Source of the DNA: Candidatus Bilamarchaeaceae archaeon
Lineage (GTDB): Archaea; Micrarchaeota; Micrarchaeia; Anstonellales; Bilamarchaeaceae
Direction: 5' to 3'
Assembly (NCBI GenBank): GCA_038870635.1
Contig: JAVZJR010000003.1
Span: 4,880 to 68,879 of the forward strand
DNA: 64,000 nt
Both the position numbers and the translations under genes were made by a program. Below are positions 28,553-38,416 of this stretch, one piece after another. The notes below the pieces were generated by a model. That model saw only the letters and a program-made list of their open reading frames with translations, did not search any database and had not been told where the DNA came from. Position 1 is the first letter of the stretch. Each line of letters starts with the position of its first letter.

Positions 28553-29845
28553 TTAGTCTAAAAATGATAAAGCTTCTTTAAAAGAGGCCTTAGCGCGCCA
28601 CACGTCGTTGTTTTCAAGGCGTTTTAAAGCATTTTTAAAATGTTCCATAAAAGAAGACAGATAGGGGTCAGCAGTTTTCTCTAATTGCTCCAACACATAC
28701 CAAGGGTTTTTAGAACTAAGAAACACACTAAGAGAATCTAATTTTCTTAAACCACTTTCATAATCTACCTTAAATGTTTTTGCTATGTCCACGATATTAG
28801 TCTCAATGTTAGTGCCTTTTGCACAAAGATAGAACTCTTTCAGAAGCTCACGCAAAATAGGATAACCAATTTTCTGTTCTGCTGCTTCTTTTATGATGGC
28901 GATGTGCCCAAGAAACCATAAATCTGTTCTCCAAGTACGCAATACAGAAAAAGCTTTTCTCTCTTCGGTAAGCAGTATTATATATTCTTCTACTAAAGAT
29001 TTAAGGTAAAAGTCTCTTTTTGCACGAAGGGCACACTCTCGTAAATCATTCCAAGCCAAAAGTTTTCCTATGCCTTTATCCCTCCATTCTCCTAAACGAT
29101 TTCTAAGGGCAGTAAGTTTAGCACACGCACCTGCTAAAAACATAGTTTTTTCTTTGCCGTTATGAGTGTTTGCGCTTTTTTGCAGAAACTCAATGGTCTT
29201 ATTTAGATATTCCTTTGCTAAAAATTTCTCTGCACTTCTCCAACGAACTGCTACTTTTGAATAAGAAGAAAGTGCTTCAATAAAAAACATGACTTCTTCC
29301 TTCTTTACTTTTCCGCGCAAAATTAACGCATTCATCTCAGAGTTCATTTTCTCTAATTCCTCAAGAATTTGATTTTTTGAGTCAATTTCTTTTTTGTAAC
29401 TCTCACGAAGATGTTTGCACAACCTCACGGCAGAAAATATATCAGTAGACACAAAAACATATTTTTTTGGTGCTTCCTTGCCTTTTTTCATTCTTCGTTC
29501 AATTTCTAAAAAACCGATATTATTCATTAATTTGATATTTTCTCTCTTAAAACGAATGATAATTTTTTTAGGATATGGTTTTCCATTCTTAAGATTTCTT
29601 TCGTATATTTTTATGCCCAGACTGGATAGCGGTTTTGTTTTTTTTATGTTGCCATTTTCATCTACTCCGTTTTCAGTAAGACCATTCTTAAGAAAATTTT
29701 CACGAAGAGGTTCAAAATTAAGAAAAAGTTGTTGAGCTTTAACTCGTTGCTTTGCAAGATTTTCAACAGTAGCAGCAACCTTTTTTTTGTCTATCCCCTC
29801 TATAACCATAACAATATTTACTTTCAAACAATTTATTAATGCCAT
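28553..29845 (-). CDS. hypothetical all-helical protein (430 aa)
   Basis: Long ORF, no family recognised. Confidence 0.65.
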   Translation of the reverse strand: MALINCLKVNIVMVIEGIDKKKVAATVENLAKQRVKAQQLFLNFEPLRENFLKNGLTENGVDENGNIKKTKPLSSLGIKIYERNLKNGKPYPKKIIIRFKRENIKLMNNIGFLEIERRMKKGKEAPKKYVFVSTDIFSAVRLCKHLRESYKKEIDSKNQILEELEKMNSEMNALILRGKVKKEEVMFFIEALSSYSKVAVRWRSAEKFLAKEYLNKTIEFLQKSANTHNGKEKTMFLAGACAKLTALRNRLGEWRDKGIGKLLAWNDLRECALRAKRDFYLKSLVEEYIILLTEERKAFSVLRTWRTDLWFLGHIAIIKEAAEQKIGYPILRELLKEFYLCAKGTNIETNIVDIAKTFKVDYESGLRKLDSLSVFLSSKNPWYVLEQLEKTADPYLSSFMEHFKNALKRLENNDVWRAKASFKEALSFLD

Positions 29846-29914
29846 GTTTAGCAGAATGCGATGAGGAACCTTTATAAAAGTTTGTATAAATTACAAAACA
29901 GAAAGGTGATCCTA

Positions 29915-30007
29915 ATGAAAATCTTTAGGGCAGATGAAGAAGAAGATTGGGAAGATGAAGAAGATGAAGAAGACTGGGAAGAAGAGGAAGAGGAAGAAGA
30001 GTTCTAA
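29915..30007 (+). CDS. 30-aa poly-acidic micropeptide MKIFRADEEEDWEDEEDEEDWEEEEEEEEF
   Basis: Not in the ORF track (too short). ATG is preceded by AGGTGATCC, the longest SD match I saw in the window; the ORF is in an otherwise empty intergenic region. Confidence 0.4.
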   Translation: MKIFRADEEEDWEDEEDEEDWEEEEEEEEF

Positions 30008-30101
30008 ATAACATAATTTTTATTTATTTTTCCTTATTTTTCAACCCAGGTTTAGAAAGCTTACCGTTCTGTTTAAAAAATCTGTGTTAGTAAATATAAT
30101 T

Positions 30102-30722
30102 ATGAGTTTTATACTAAAAAGAAAGGGAAAAAATAAAGACCGCACAGAAGATGTATTTTCTAAAAAAGAAGTTATCGACGAAAAGTTAAGAAAAATTCAG
30201 ATAACTTATCTTACAGAAAAATTCGCAATGTATAGGAATAATATAGAATCTGCTAAAATGGATTTAGAAGAATACGAAAAACTAAAAGACAATTCTCTTA
30301 AAGACTTAACGCAACAACTAAAGGATGCGATAAAAGAATGGGAAAAAAGATTAAATGAAACAAAAGAAAAATTAGCTTCGATAGTTGAAAGTGAAAGTGA
30401 AATAGATAAGATAATTGAAAAAACAAAACAAAAAATAAAAACGCGCAATTTTATAGAAAACGCTAAAAAAATAATAAAAGCAAGCGTGTTCACGTTCATA
30501 ACAACACTCGTGATTGTAAATCTTATAGGAGTTCCCATTAATGAAGCTATAAAAAATCCTATGTTATTTTATCCAACTTTTATTGTGGCATCTTTGTTAA
30601 GTGCGTTCTATATAATAAGTCCAAAAAGAAAAGAATTTTTGCAAGCGATAAATGAAAAAGTCAAAAAAGATGAATTAGACATAAAAGAAAGAGTGCAAAA
30701 AAATGCCGCGGGTCGGATTTGA
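30102..30722 (+). CDS. hypothetical coiled-coil protein with C-terminal TM helices
   Basis: K/E-rich heptads followed by 'VFTFITTLVIVNLIGV' and 'FYPTFIVASLLSAFYII'; the last 19 nt overlap tRNA-Phe on the opposite strand. Confidence 0.55.
   Translation: MSFILKRKGKNKDRTEDVFSKKEVIDEKLRKIQITYLTEKFAMYRNNIESAKMDLEEYEKLKDNSLKDLTQQLKDAIKEWEKRLNETKEKLASIVESESEIDKIIEKTKQKIKTRNFIENAKKIIKASVFTFITTLVIVNLIGVPINEAIKNPMLFYPTFIVASLLSAFYIISPKRKEFLQAINEKVKKDELDIKERVQKNAAGRI
30697..30703 (-). terminator. T7 run immediately after tRNA-Phe
   Basis: A7 on the plus strand is T7 on the minus strand, directly after the discriminator base; no encoded CCA. Confidence 0.5.
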
Positions 30723-30790
30723 ACCAACGACCCTTCGGTATCTGCGGAAATCGCTTCAGCCGAATGCTCTCCCAACTGAGCTACCGCGGC
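30704..30790 (-). tRNA. tRNA-Phe(GAA) with a 14-nt intron at the canonical 37/38 position
   Basis: Minus-strand read GCCGCGG-TA-GCTC..GAGC-A-TTCGG-CTGAAG[intron]A-CCGAA-GGGTC-GTTGG-TTCAAAT-CCGAC-CCGCGGC-A; all four arms fold. Confidence 0.9.
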
Positions 30791-30850
30791 ATTAAAATGT
30801 GTGTATAATCTTTTAAACGAAAAGTTTAAAATTGTTTGAAAATGCAAGAT

Positions 30851-30864
30851 TTTTTATTAATATC
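30851..30864 (+). promoter_or_regulatory. TATA-like box upstream of RNase P RNA
   Basis: 'tttttattaatatc' centred about 25 nt upstream of the first P1 nucleotide. Confidence 0.35.
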
Positions 30865-30881
30865 ACAAGCATAAATATAAT

Positions 30882-31120
30882 GGTGAGGGGAGAACAGCTT
30901 ACCGGTTTTCACCGGAGGAAGTTCTGTCCACGGGAGGCTGATGCTCTTAAGGAGCGGAAAATGTAATAGAAACGATACCCTACGGGGATGAAACGGACAT
31001 TTTCCAGCCTTTGACCGTGCAAGGCCATTTGGCCGCTTTTCAGGCTAAAACCTGAAACCCGATAGATTCGGTGTAGTATAATGCTGTTTAAAACAGAAGA
31101 CAGGCTACTTCCCTCACCAT
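30882..31120 (+). ncRNA. rnpB: RNase P RNA (compact archaeal form)
   Basis: GC-rich island. P1 closes GGTGAGGG.../...CCCTCACC. CR-I-like 'GGAGGAAGTTCTGTCC' and CR-V-like 'ACAGAAGACAGGCTAC', with the long-range P4 pairing TTCTGT/ACAGAA; 'GATAGAT' CR-IV-like. Confidence 0.75.
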
Positions 31121-31157
31121 TTTTAAGCTAACTGACATAAATGTTTTTGGTGGGATT

Positions 31158-31919
31158 ATGAAAATAAAGAATTACATTGACGGAGAATTGTCAAAAAAAG
31201 GAGCTTTGTTCTTCGCACTTATAGATCCATTAGATTACAAAAGCTCAGAAGACGCAATTAAAACTGCAGTGGTTGCAGATGAAGCGGGAAGCGATGTTAT
31301 ACTTATAGGAGGAAGCACAGGAGTGCAAGGACAGGTTTTAGATGATGTCACAAAAGCGATAAAGCAAGCGGTATCAAAACCTGTTGTTTTATTTCCAGGC
31401 AACATAGGAACAGTTACTAAATACGCGGATGCAGTATATTTTATGTCAATGTTGAATTCTCGCAATAGTTATTGGATAAGCGAAGCACAAATGCTTGCGG
31501 CGCCCATTGTAAAAAAATATGGTATTGAGCCTCTTTCTGTTGCTTACACTGTAGTTGAACCGGGTGGCACAGTTGGGTGGGTTGGAGATGCCCGCCTAGT
31601 ACCAAGAAATAAACCACAATTAGCTGCCGCATACGGTCTTGCAGCACAGTACATGGGATTTGATTTTTTTATAACTGACGCCGGCAGCAATCCTCACAAC
31701 GGCCACATTCCTTTAGAAATGATAAAAGCGGTGTCGACTACAATAGACATAAATTATATTGTAGCTGGTGGAATAAGAAAACCAGAAGAAGCAAAAGAAA
31801 TAGCAAAAGCAGGTGCAGACATAATCCAAGTAGGGACATTTTTAGAAAAAGAAGGTAAAAAAGAAAGAATAGTAGAAATGATAAAAGCGCTTAGAGAAGG
31901 CGCAAAAGCAAGAGTTTAG
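31158..31919 (+). CDS. geranylgeranylglyceryl phosphate synthase (PcrB/GGGPS family)
   Basis: 'ILIGGSTGV', 'DAGS', 'IVAGGGIRKPEEAKE'; 253 aa; archaeal lipid backbone enzyme. Confidence 0.85.
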   Translation: MKIKNYIDGELSKKGALFFALIDPLDYKSSEDAIKTAVVADEAGSDVILIGGSTGVQGQVLDDVTKAIKQAVSKPVVLFPGNIGTVTKYADAVYFMSMLNSRNSYWISEAQMLAAPIVKKYGIEPLSVAYTVVEPGGTVGWVGDARLVPRNKPQLAAAYGLAAQYMGFDFFITDAGSNPHNGHIPLEMIKAVSTTIDINYIVAGGIRKPEEAKEIAKAGADIIQVGTFLEKEGKKERIVEMIKALREGAKARV

Positions 31920-32269
31920 TCAAATACTTTTTTTGCAATCTTTTCAAGAATAGATTTGCTTTCTTCTTCTGTAATTCGCTTTCCGAGATAGTATGCTTTT
32001 TTTGCCCACTCATCTTTTTCAATAGTATGTTTAAAAGTATCCGGATCATTTTTCTTTAATTCTTCTAATTTATTGTAAACATAAACAGCGGCGTGTTCAA
32101 TAGATTTATTTAAAATCTTCATATGAAAATAGTACTTTATATAGTCTTTGATTGTTTTTGCTTCTCCCCATTTCTTTGCCGCTTCTAAAAAAGATTCAAA
32201 ATATTTTTTGAATGAATTTTGACCAACATTCGCGATTATCTTAATTTCCACATCTGATTTAAATTCCAT
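31916..32269 (-). CDS. hypothetical protein (117 aa)
   Basis: Helical, Lys-rich ORF; no family recognised. Confidence 0.5.
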   Translation of the reverse strand: MEFKSDVEIKIIANVGQNSFKKYFESFLEAAKKWGEAKTIKDYIKYYFHMKILNKSIEHAAVYVYNKLEELKKNDPDTFKHTIEKDEWAKKAYYLGKRITEEESKSILEKIAKKVFD

Positions 32270-32420
32270 GAATTTTTTTTAATTAGAACATAATAAAATA
32301 CTAACGTCTAACTAAGAATTGGATAAACTTTAAAATATTTTTGTATAATATTAGCACATACTTTTTCTGTTCTAAAATATTAGAAAGAAGAAAAAGAGCA
32401 AAATTTTTAGAGGTGGTAAT

Positions 32421-34073
32421 ATGGCAAAACAGGTTAGTGGAGAGCCGATGTATGTGCTCCCAGAAGGGGCGCAGAGGATCATTGGAAGAGACGCGATGAG
32501 AATCAACATAGCAATAGGTTATGCGGTAGCAAACATAGTAAAGACAACGCTTGGCCCAAAAGGAATGGACAAGATGTTGGTAAGCGACTTAGGTGACATT
32601 GTAATAACAAACGACGGCGCCACTATATTAGAAGAGATGAATGTTGACCACCCCGCAGCAAAGCTTATGGTAGAAATTGCAAAAACGCAAGATAAAGAAG
32701 TTGGGGACGGCACCACAACCAGTGTTGTCATAGGAGGAAACCTATTAAAGAATGCAGGCACATTACTTGATCAAGGTATTCACCCAACAACAATAATAAA
32801 AGGCTATGAAATGGCAGAGCGCGAGGTTGCAAATCTACTGAACAAGATAAGTAAAACAGTGACGCCAAATGATAGCGAACTTTTAGAAAAAATAGCATTA
32901 GTGTCTATGGGGTCAAAAGGCATAGGAAGCGAAGAGGAAAAGAAAAAATTAGCGAAGCTTATAGTAGAAGCGATAAAACAAATAGCAACTGAAAAAAATG
33001 GAAAATATGTTATAGACACTGAATTAGTTAAGATAGAGAAAAAAGCAGGTGGCGAAGTCCTTGACACCGAACTTATAAAAGGCGTGGTTGTTGACAAAGA
33101 AGTAGTACATGCAGGTATGCCTAAACTAGTAAAAAACGCAAAGATTGCGCTTATTGATGCGGCGCTTGAGATAGAAAAAACAGAAACCGATGCAAAAATA
33201 GAGATAACCTCTCCAGAACAAATGGAAGCATTCTTAAAACAAGAAGAGAAAATGCTTAAAGATATGGTAGAAAAGATAAAAGCAAGTGGAGCGAATGTTG
33301 TTTTCTGCCAAAAAGGAATCGATGACTTAGCACAGCATTACTTGGCAAAGGAGAAGATAATGGCTGTGAGAAGAGTCAAGAAAAGCGATATGGAAAAGTT
33401 GGCAAGAGCAACTGGCGCAAAAATAGCATCCAGCATAGAGGACTTAAATGCAGATGACCTTGGAGAAGCTGGCTTAATAGAAGAGAAAAAAATAGGCGGG
33501 GAGGCAATGGTTTTTGTACAAAACTGCAAAGACCCAAAATCCGTCAGCATATTCGTTCGAGGTGGCACCGACCACGTAGTAAGCGAAGTTGAAAGAGCAT
33601 TAAAGGACTCGCTTGGTGCAGTTTCATCTGCAATAGAATACGGTAAGTATACTTTTGGTGGCGGCAGCGCAGAAATGGCGCTCAGTGCTGCATTACAAGA
33701 GTATGCGGTTAAAATAGGTGGAAGAGAGCAATTGGCGATACAGGCTTTTGCAGAAGCATTAGAATCAATACCAAAAGCGCTTGCAGAAAATGCAGGGATG
33801 GATGCGATTGACACAATCGTTGTATTAAGAAATAAACACAAAGAAGGAAAAACAACTTATGGTATTGATGTTATCGGTGGCAAAGTGGATGACGTTGAAA
33901 AATTAGGAATTCTTGAACCTACGAAAGTAAAAAAGCAAGCAATAAGCTCGGCTACTGAAACTGCAAGATTAATTCTTAGAATAGACGACATAATAAGTTC
34001 AAAAGGTAAGAGCAGCTCCACAAGTGGAGCAAACCAATCTGGAGGCGGAAGCCCAGGAATGGATATGGAATAA
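32421..34073 (+). CDS. ths: thermosome subunit (group II chaperonin)
   Basis: '[11 protein letters not shown]', 'ITNDGATIL', '[11 protein letters not shown]', C-terminal '[10 protein letters not shown]'; 550 aa. Confidence 0.95.
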   Translation: MAKQVSGEPMYVLPEGAQRIIGRDAMRINIAIGYAVANIVKTTLGPKGMDKMLVSDLGDIVITNDGATILEEMNVDHPAAKLMVEIAKTQDKEVGDGTTTSVVIGGNLLKNAGTLLDQGIHPTTIIKGYEMAEREVANLLNKISKTVTPNDSELLEKIALVSMGSKGIGSEEEKKKLAKLIVEAIKQIATEKNGKYVIDTELVKIEKKAGGEVLDTELIKGVVVDKEVVHAGMPKLVKNAKIALIDAALEIEKTETDAKIEITSPEQMEAFLKQEEKMLKDMVEKIKASGANVVFCQKGIDDLAQHYLAKEKIMAVRRVKKSDMEKLARATGAKIASSIEDLNADDLGEAGLIEEKKIGGEAMVFVQNCKDPKSVSIFVRGGTDHVVSEVERALKDSLGAVSSAIEYGKYTFGGGSAEMALSAALQEYAVKIGGREQLAIQAFAEALESIPKALAENAGMDAIDTIVVLRNKHKEGKTTYGIDVIGGKVDDVEKLGILEPTKVKKQAISSATETARLILRIDDIISSKGKSSSTSGANQSGGGSPGMDME

Positions 34074-34124
34074 TTTTTTCCTTTTTTACTATTTTTTAAA
34101 TGTTTTTATCCATAATTACATAGT

Positions 34125-35828
34125 ATGGCAAGGCAGACTGAGCTAAAAAGCAACGAAATCCTCCAACAAGTGCCCCAAAAAAATATTACGGCAAGAATTT
34201 TAGACACACATAAAAAACATAATCAAATGATAAAAAAAATAGAACAAAGGCTCGACTATTTAAAAGAAAAATATGGTATAAAAGAAGAATTGGGATTATA
34301 CTTATTGGGTTTTTTAGCAGGCGCAATGGATGGTAAAAACTATCTAAAAATTGTGCCTTTAATCTTTTCAAATGGAAAAGCAATGCAAGTCTCTGAAATT
34401 TTAAAAGATAAAAACATAGTATTTGCCATAGATGACTTAAAAAAATTAGTAAAAAACAAAGAAGAGATTTACAATTTTTACAATGAACTAGAAAAACTAG
34501 ATTCAAAAGATTTAAGCAAAGAAAAATTGTGGGAGGCGTATATAAAATCATACGAAAGGAAGTATATACTAGAATATGTTAGTGGATTATGGGAAAAAAG
34601 TTACACAGAAGGAAAGTACGAAATCATTCCAGAAGAAAAGAAAAAAATACCTGAATTAAGAGAAGAACTTATAGAATTGCCGCCAACAACAACTGACCTC
34701 TATATTTATGGCTCTAGACCGATATATTTTGACAGTCAGACGGGTATAAGCGGGACAAAAGAACAGATTAAATTAGTTCGAGAAGCAGAAATTAAAAAAG
34801 AGATAGTGGGCAATGACGAAATGCTTCTCTATCTTCTTCCGTTGATAGGAACGGGTTATGCTCTTGTAAAAGATTTAAGAATAATAAAAGAAGGAAGCGA
34901 ACAAGAGCTAATTAAAATAGGTAAATTAAGAATCTCAGAAAAAGATATAGGCAAAGGAATGCTTGTGCTTGACCTGTTGTTTGGATGGTGGGACGCAAGT
35001 TTCGTTATCCATTTAGGAGCAAAAAGCGCTGTTAAAACAGCAGCACGGGAAATTGAAAATGTAACAAAAAGTGGGAGGGCGATTGCGGTAAGTGAAATAA
35101 ACAAAAAAGTCTTATTAAAAGCAGCAGAAGAATTGGACAATAACGAAATGAAAAAGTTCATAGAGATATTAGGACGAAACCCAAAGTTAGGAGAGGAAAT
35201 AGTAGCTAAAGCAGGAGGTGTAAACAACATAACAAAGGAAATACTTAAGGAATATATCAACAAAGAAAAAACAAAAATTAGCACAGTAAAAGAAACAGCA
35301 CTTTTACTTTCTGAAAGAAAATTTAGAGAGTATGCACCTCTCGTCCTTTTCAAGGAAATGGCAGAAAGAACAGAATTAGAATCATTAAGATATCTTGGAC
35401 AAATGGCAAAAGGTTTAGATGAAAGAGAAAGAAAAATTGTGCTTAAGGCAATATTCGCTACACTAACAACATTTGACAAAAACGCTCAGAAATCCCTTGC
35501 GAATTACGTAAAGAAAAATGGTTGGAAAGGAATAATAGAAAAAATAGAAATGAAAAAAGATGTCGTAAGGGCACTACAGGAATTGTTTCCAGAATATAAA
35601 GATGCTTATAAATATGCACCTTTGGAGGACATAGTAAAAACAGCGCGAGACCTAGGCGCATTGCACGCGGTATTTGTGTTTGTGCAGTTAATTGGCAGTT
35701 ATATAAGCACAAAAGAAGAAGAAAAGCTAAACGAGATTGAATTTATGCAAGGATTAAAGGAACTATCGTATAAAGAAAAGAACAAGGGGTTATTAGATTT
35801 ATTTATGAAAAGTTATGAAAATAAATAA
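34125..35828 (+). CDS. ORFan protein (567 aa), first gene of giant-ORFan operon 2
   Basis: Long ORF; TATA-like 'tttttaaatg' about 25 nt upstream of the ATG, so possibly leaderless; hydrophobic segments 'LLYLLPLIGTGYALV' and 'MLVLDLLFGWWDASFVI'. Confidence 0.75.
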   Translation: MARQTELKSNEILQQVPQKNITARILDTHKKHNQMIKKIEQRLDYLKEKYGIKEELGLYLLGFLAGAMDGKNYLKIVPLIFSNGKAMQVSEILKDKNIVFAIDDLKKLVKNKEEIYNFYNELEKLDSKDLSKEKLWEAYIKSYERKYILEYVSGLWEKSYTEGKYEIIPEEKKKIPELREELIELPPTTTDLYIYGSRPIYFDSQTGISGTKEQIKLVREAEIKKEIVGNDEMLLYLLPLIGTGYALVKDLRIIKEGSEQELIKIGKLRISEKDIGKGMLVLDLLFGWWDASFVIHLGAKSAVKTAAREIENVTKSGRAIAVSEINKKVLLKAAEELDNNEMKKFIEILGRNPKLGEEIVAKAGGVNNITKEILKEYINKEKTKISTVKETALLLSERKFREYAPLVLFKEMAERTELESLRYLGQMAKGLDERERKIVLKAIFATLTTFDKNAQKSLANYVKKNGWKGIIEKIEMKKDVVRALQELFPEYKDAYKYAPLEDIVKTARDLGALHAVFVFVQLIGSYISTKEEEKLNEIEFMQGLKELSYKEKNKGLLDLFMKSYENK

Positions 35829-35878
35829 AAAATGTTTATAACAGAGATATGTTGGTGATGTTTATGGTTGGTGGTACT

Positions 35879-38395
35879 ATGGTACAAGAAACGTCTGAAA
35901 AAAATCCTCAAGAAAAGAGTGGAATGGACCGTATTAAAAAAGGAGTGCAAAAAATTTTACCACAAAAAAAAGGAAAGAGTATGCCTCATCATCTTGGTGC
36001 TCTGATGGAGGAAAACGATTATATTAAAAGAGCTTTAAAAAAATTTGAGGATACATATAAAAAATTGCCGCAAACAGAAGCAAAAGAATTACTAAACAAA
36101 ATTTACGAAGAATACAAAGAAGCTCTTGAAAGAAACGACAAAGAACAGATAACAATTCTCTATGACATTTTGCAAAAACTTCAAGCAAAAAGAGACGACG
36201 TAAATGTAATAAAGATGAGCCCTATTTTAAAAACAAAAGCAATGAAACAAGAATTAAATGCTGATGATGTGATAAGAATAATAAGCATCGATTTAAAAAA
36301 TAACGAAAATAAATTAATGAGTTGGTTAAAAAATCTAAAGTTAGATATGGCAGAACAAGCTGCACTTTTAGTTGAACTAGAAAAAAGAGGACTAATAAAA
36401 AGAGATATTATTTTCCAAACGTTTGAGCGGTTAAGCGGAACAGTAGATGAAGAGATAATCAATAGAATAATAAATGGGCAAACAGCAGTAGATGCTATCG
36501 CAAATAGTATACCATCACACCTCAGAGAAACATATAAAAAATATCAAAGCAATACTTTATCTGAAACTATAAAAAATATAGATAACAGGATAGATGAAAT
36601 AAAAGATCAAATTAAAAGAAAGCTTTATGTAGACCAAGCTTTAGATGACGAACTAAAAACTTTAAATGAATTAAAAAATGAAGTGAAAAAGTTTATTGAA
36701 GGGGGAACCGAGGCTCTTGAGATTTTAGGGAAAAGAATAAGCACTATAGCAGAAGAAGAATTAAGAATAAGCCAAGAGCTAGCTTACCTAAACCGACCGT
36801 TTTCATTTAACCTAGGTATATTTAAAAAACCAATTATTTTTGGTTTGTGGGCAGGCGGGCTTTATGGTATTTATGAATTAGCAGAAACACCGTGGGCTTC
36901 AGTAACAGCATTTATTTTCGGAATAGGAACGTACTCAACATACAAAAAAGCCAAAGAAGTTGAAGGCCTACGGGCTAGAATAAGAAGAACAGGACCAATA
37001 GCGATTTTATGGGCAACTCTTACTGGAGTTTCTGGTTACTTAACTTACGAAGCTCTGCAAAAAAAAGAGAATGAATTACAAAACGAACTTATGAAAGAAT
37101 ACAAGCTTTCAAGAGAAGAAATAAAAAGATTGGGTGATTTCGCAAAATCAAAAGAAGGAAAAGCAGTGATTAATTATCTAAAAGATTTAAGAGGTAAAAT
37201 GGTGCGAGAAGGAGAGAGATTAGATTTCAACAAATTAGAAGAATGGCTCAAAGACGAAAAAACTATTGGTTCATTCAAAAATCTTGAATATTTCATTAAA
37301 GCCCTGCTTGAAATTGCTCCTCTTGTGAAAAATAAAAATGAAGATGAGATAAAAAGAATAATAAATCAAAAAATAGATGAATTTAAACAAAAAGGTTATC
37401 TCTACAATAAAGGAGAAAGTGTGCTTTTTGAATATGGGTTAGCGATTGGCTTATCTGAACAACAAATAGAAAAATTACTATCTTCTGCTGAAAATAAAAA
37501 AGAAATTGTTGAACTTTTAAAAGCAGTTTATGAAGGTAGATTACCGCAAAGCTATGCAATGATATATGCTGAGTTTATACTGCAAGGCAAAAAAGAAGAA
37601 GCAGAAAAACTTCTCCTTCAACAACCAATACAAAAAAACTCAGCACTCGATCACTTGGACAGGTACACATTGGATATATTGATGGATCCTAATAAAGACA
37701 TAAAAGAAAAACAAAATGCAAAAAGGAGATTAGACGAAATAATTAAGTGGTATAATACAAACGAGACGTACAGAAACAATTTAAACCAATCTCTGGGTGA
37801 AAACGTAATTTATGGTGATGATAAATATGGATGCATAAGTGCTATTATGAGAGGTGACATAACTATAGAACAAATTGCTAATGGTGAAAAATTAGAAGTA
37901 GGATATATAATAGCGAACCCTTTATTAGCAATGATTGACAAGAGATTCATAAGCGATGCGCGAGCAGCAAATTTTGTTAACGAATATGGTTTGCTAGAAT
38001 TTATTAAAGGCTATATAAAAGAGAATAAAATCGGCATTGATGCCTATGGCTTAGTAAAAGAATTAGAAAATGATAAAACCTTTAGAGCTATAGATAAAAA
38101 TAAAAGAAAAGAGTGGTTAAAGGAAAATCTTGAAAAAGGATTGCTAAAGAAATATCTAAAAACTAAAAATTTGGAAAGAACATATATGGCAAACGGAATA
38201 GAAACTGCTCCCCCTACCATAATAGAAAAAAAAGAGGGGAAAAGGGCACCTCCAAGCAAAAGAGCACCTCCAAGCAATACTCCTTCACAAGTAATACCAA
38301 GGAAAACAGAAAGGCCGCAACAACCATCAGGGCGTAAAAAAGTAGGAAAAGAGGAAGAAGGAGGGGGAAAAAAAGAAGAGGAGATAAGTTGGTAA
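35879..38395 (+). CDS. ORFan membrane protein (about 838 aa) with three central TM helices and a basic Pro-rich tail
   Basis: SD GGTGG before ATG 35879 (the track starts at 35849); TM block 'PIIFGLWAGGLYGIY..WASVTAFIFGIG..GPIAILWATLTGVSGYL'; tail 'KRAPPSKRAPPSNTPSQ'. Confidence 0.75.
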   Translation: MVQETSEKNPQEKSGMDRIKKGVQKILPQKKGKSMPHHLGALMEENDYIKRALKKFEDTYKKLPQTEAKELLNKIYEEYKEALERNDKEQITILYDILQKLQAKRDDVNVIKMSPILKTKAMKQELNADDVIRIISIDLKNNENKLMSWLKNLKLDMAEQAALLVELEKRGLIKRDIIFQTFERLSGTVDEEIINRIINGQTAVDAIANSIPSHLRETYKKYQSNTLSETIKNIDNRIDEIKDQIKRKLYVDQALDDELKTLNELKNEVKKFIEGGTEALEILGKRISTIAEEELRISQELAYLNRPFSFNLGIFKKPIIFGLWAGGLYGIYELAETPWASVTAFIFGIGTYSTYKKAKEVEGLRARIRRTGPIAILWATLTGVSGYLTYEALQKKENELQNELMKEYKLSREEIKRLGDFAKSKEGKAVINYLKDLRGKMVREGERLDFNKLEEWLKDEKTIGSFKNLEYFIKALLEIAPLVKNKNEDEIKRIINQKIDEFKQKGYLYNKGESVLFEYGLAIGLSEQQIEKLLSSAENKKEIVELLKAVYEGRLPQSYAMIYAEFILQGKKEEAEKLLLQQPIQKNSALDHLDRYTLDILMDPNKDIKEKQNAKRRLDEIIKWYNTNETYRNNLNQSLGENVIYGDDKYGCISAIMRGDITIEQIANGEKLEVGYIIANPLLAMIDKRFISDARAANFVNEYGLLEFIKGYIKENKIGIDAYGLVKELENDKTFRAIDKNKRKEWLKENLEKGLLKKYLKTKNLERTYMANGIETAPPTIIEKKEGKRAPPSKRAPPSNTPSQVIPRKTERPQQPSGRKKVGKEEEGGGKKEEEISW
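38240..38275 (+). repeat. 2 x 18-nt in-frame tandem duplication (KRAPPS KRAPPS), one mismatch
   Basis: 'aaaagggcacctccaagc' followed by 'aaaagagcacctccaagc'. Confidence 0.9.
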
Positions 38396-38416
38396 AATAA
38401 TGAGGTGAGATGTTAA

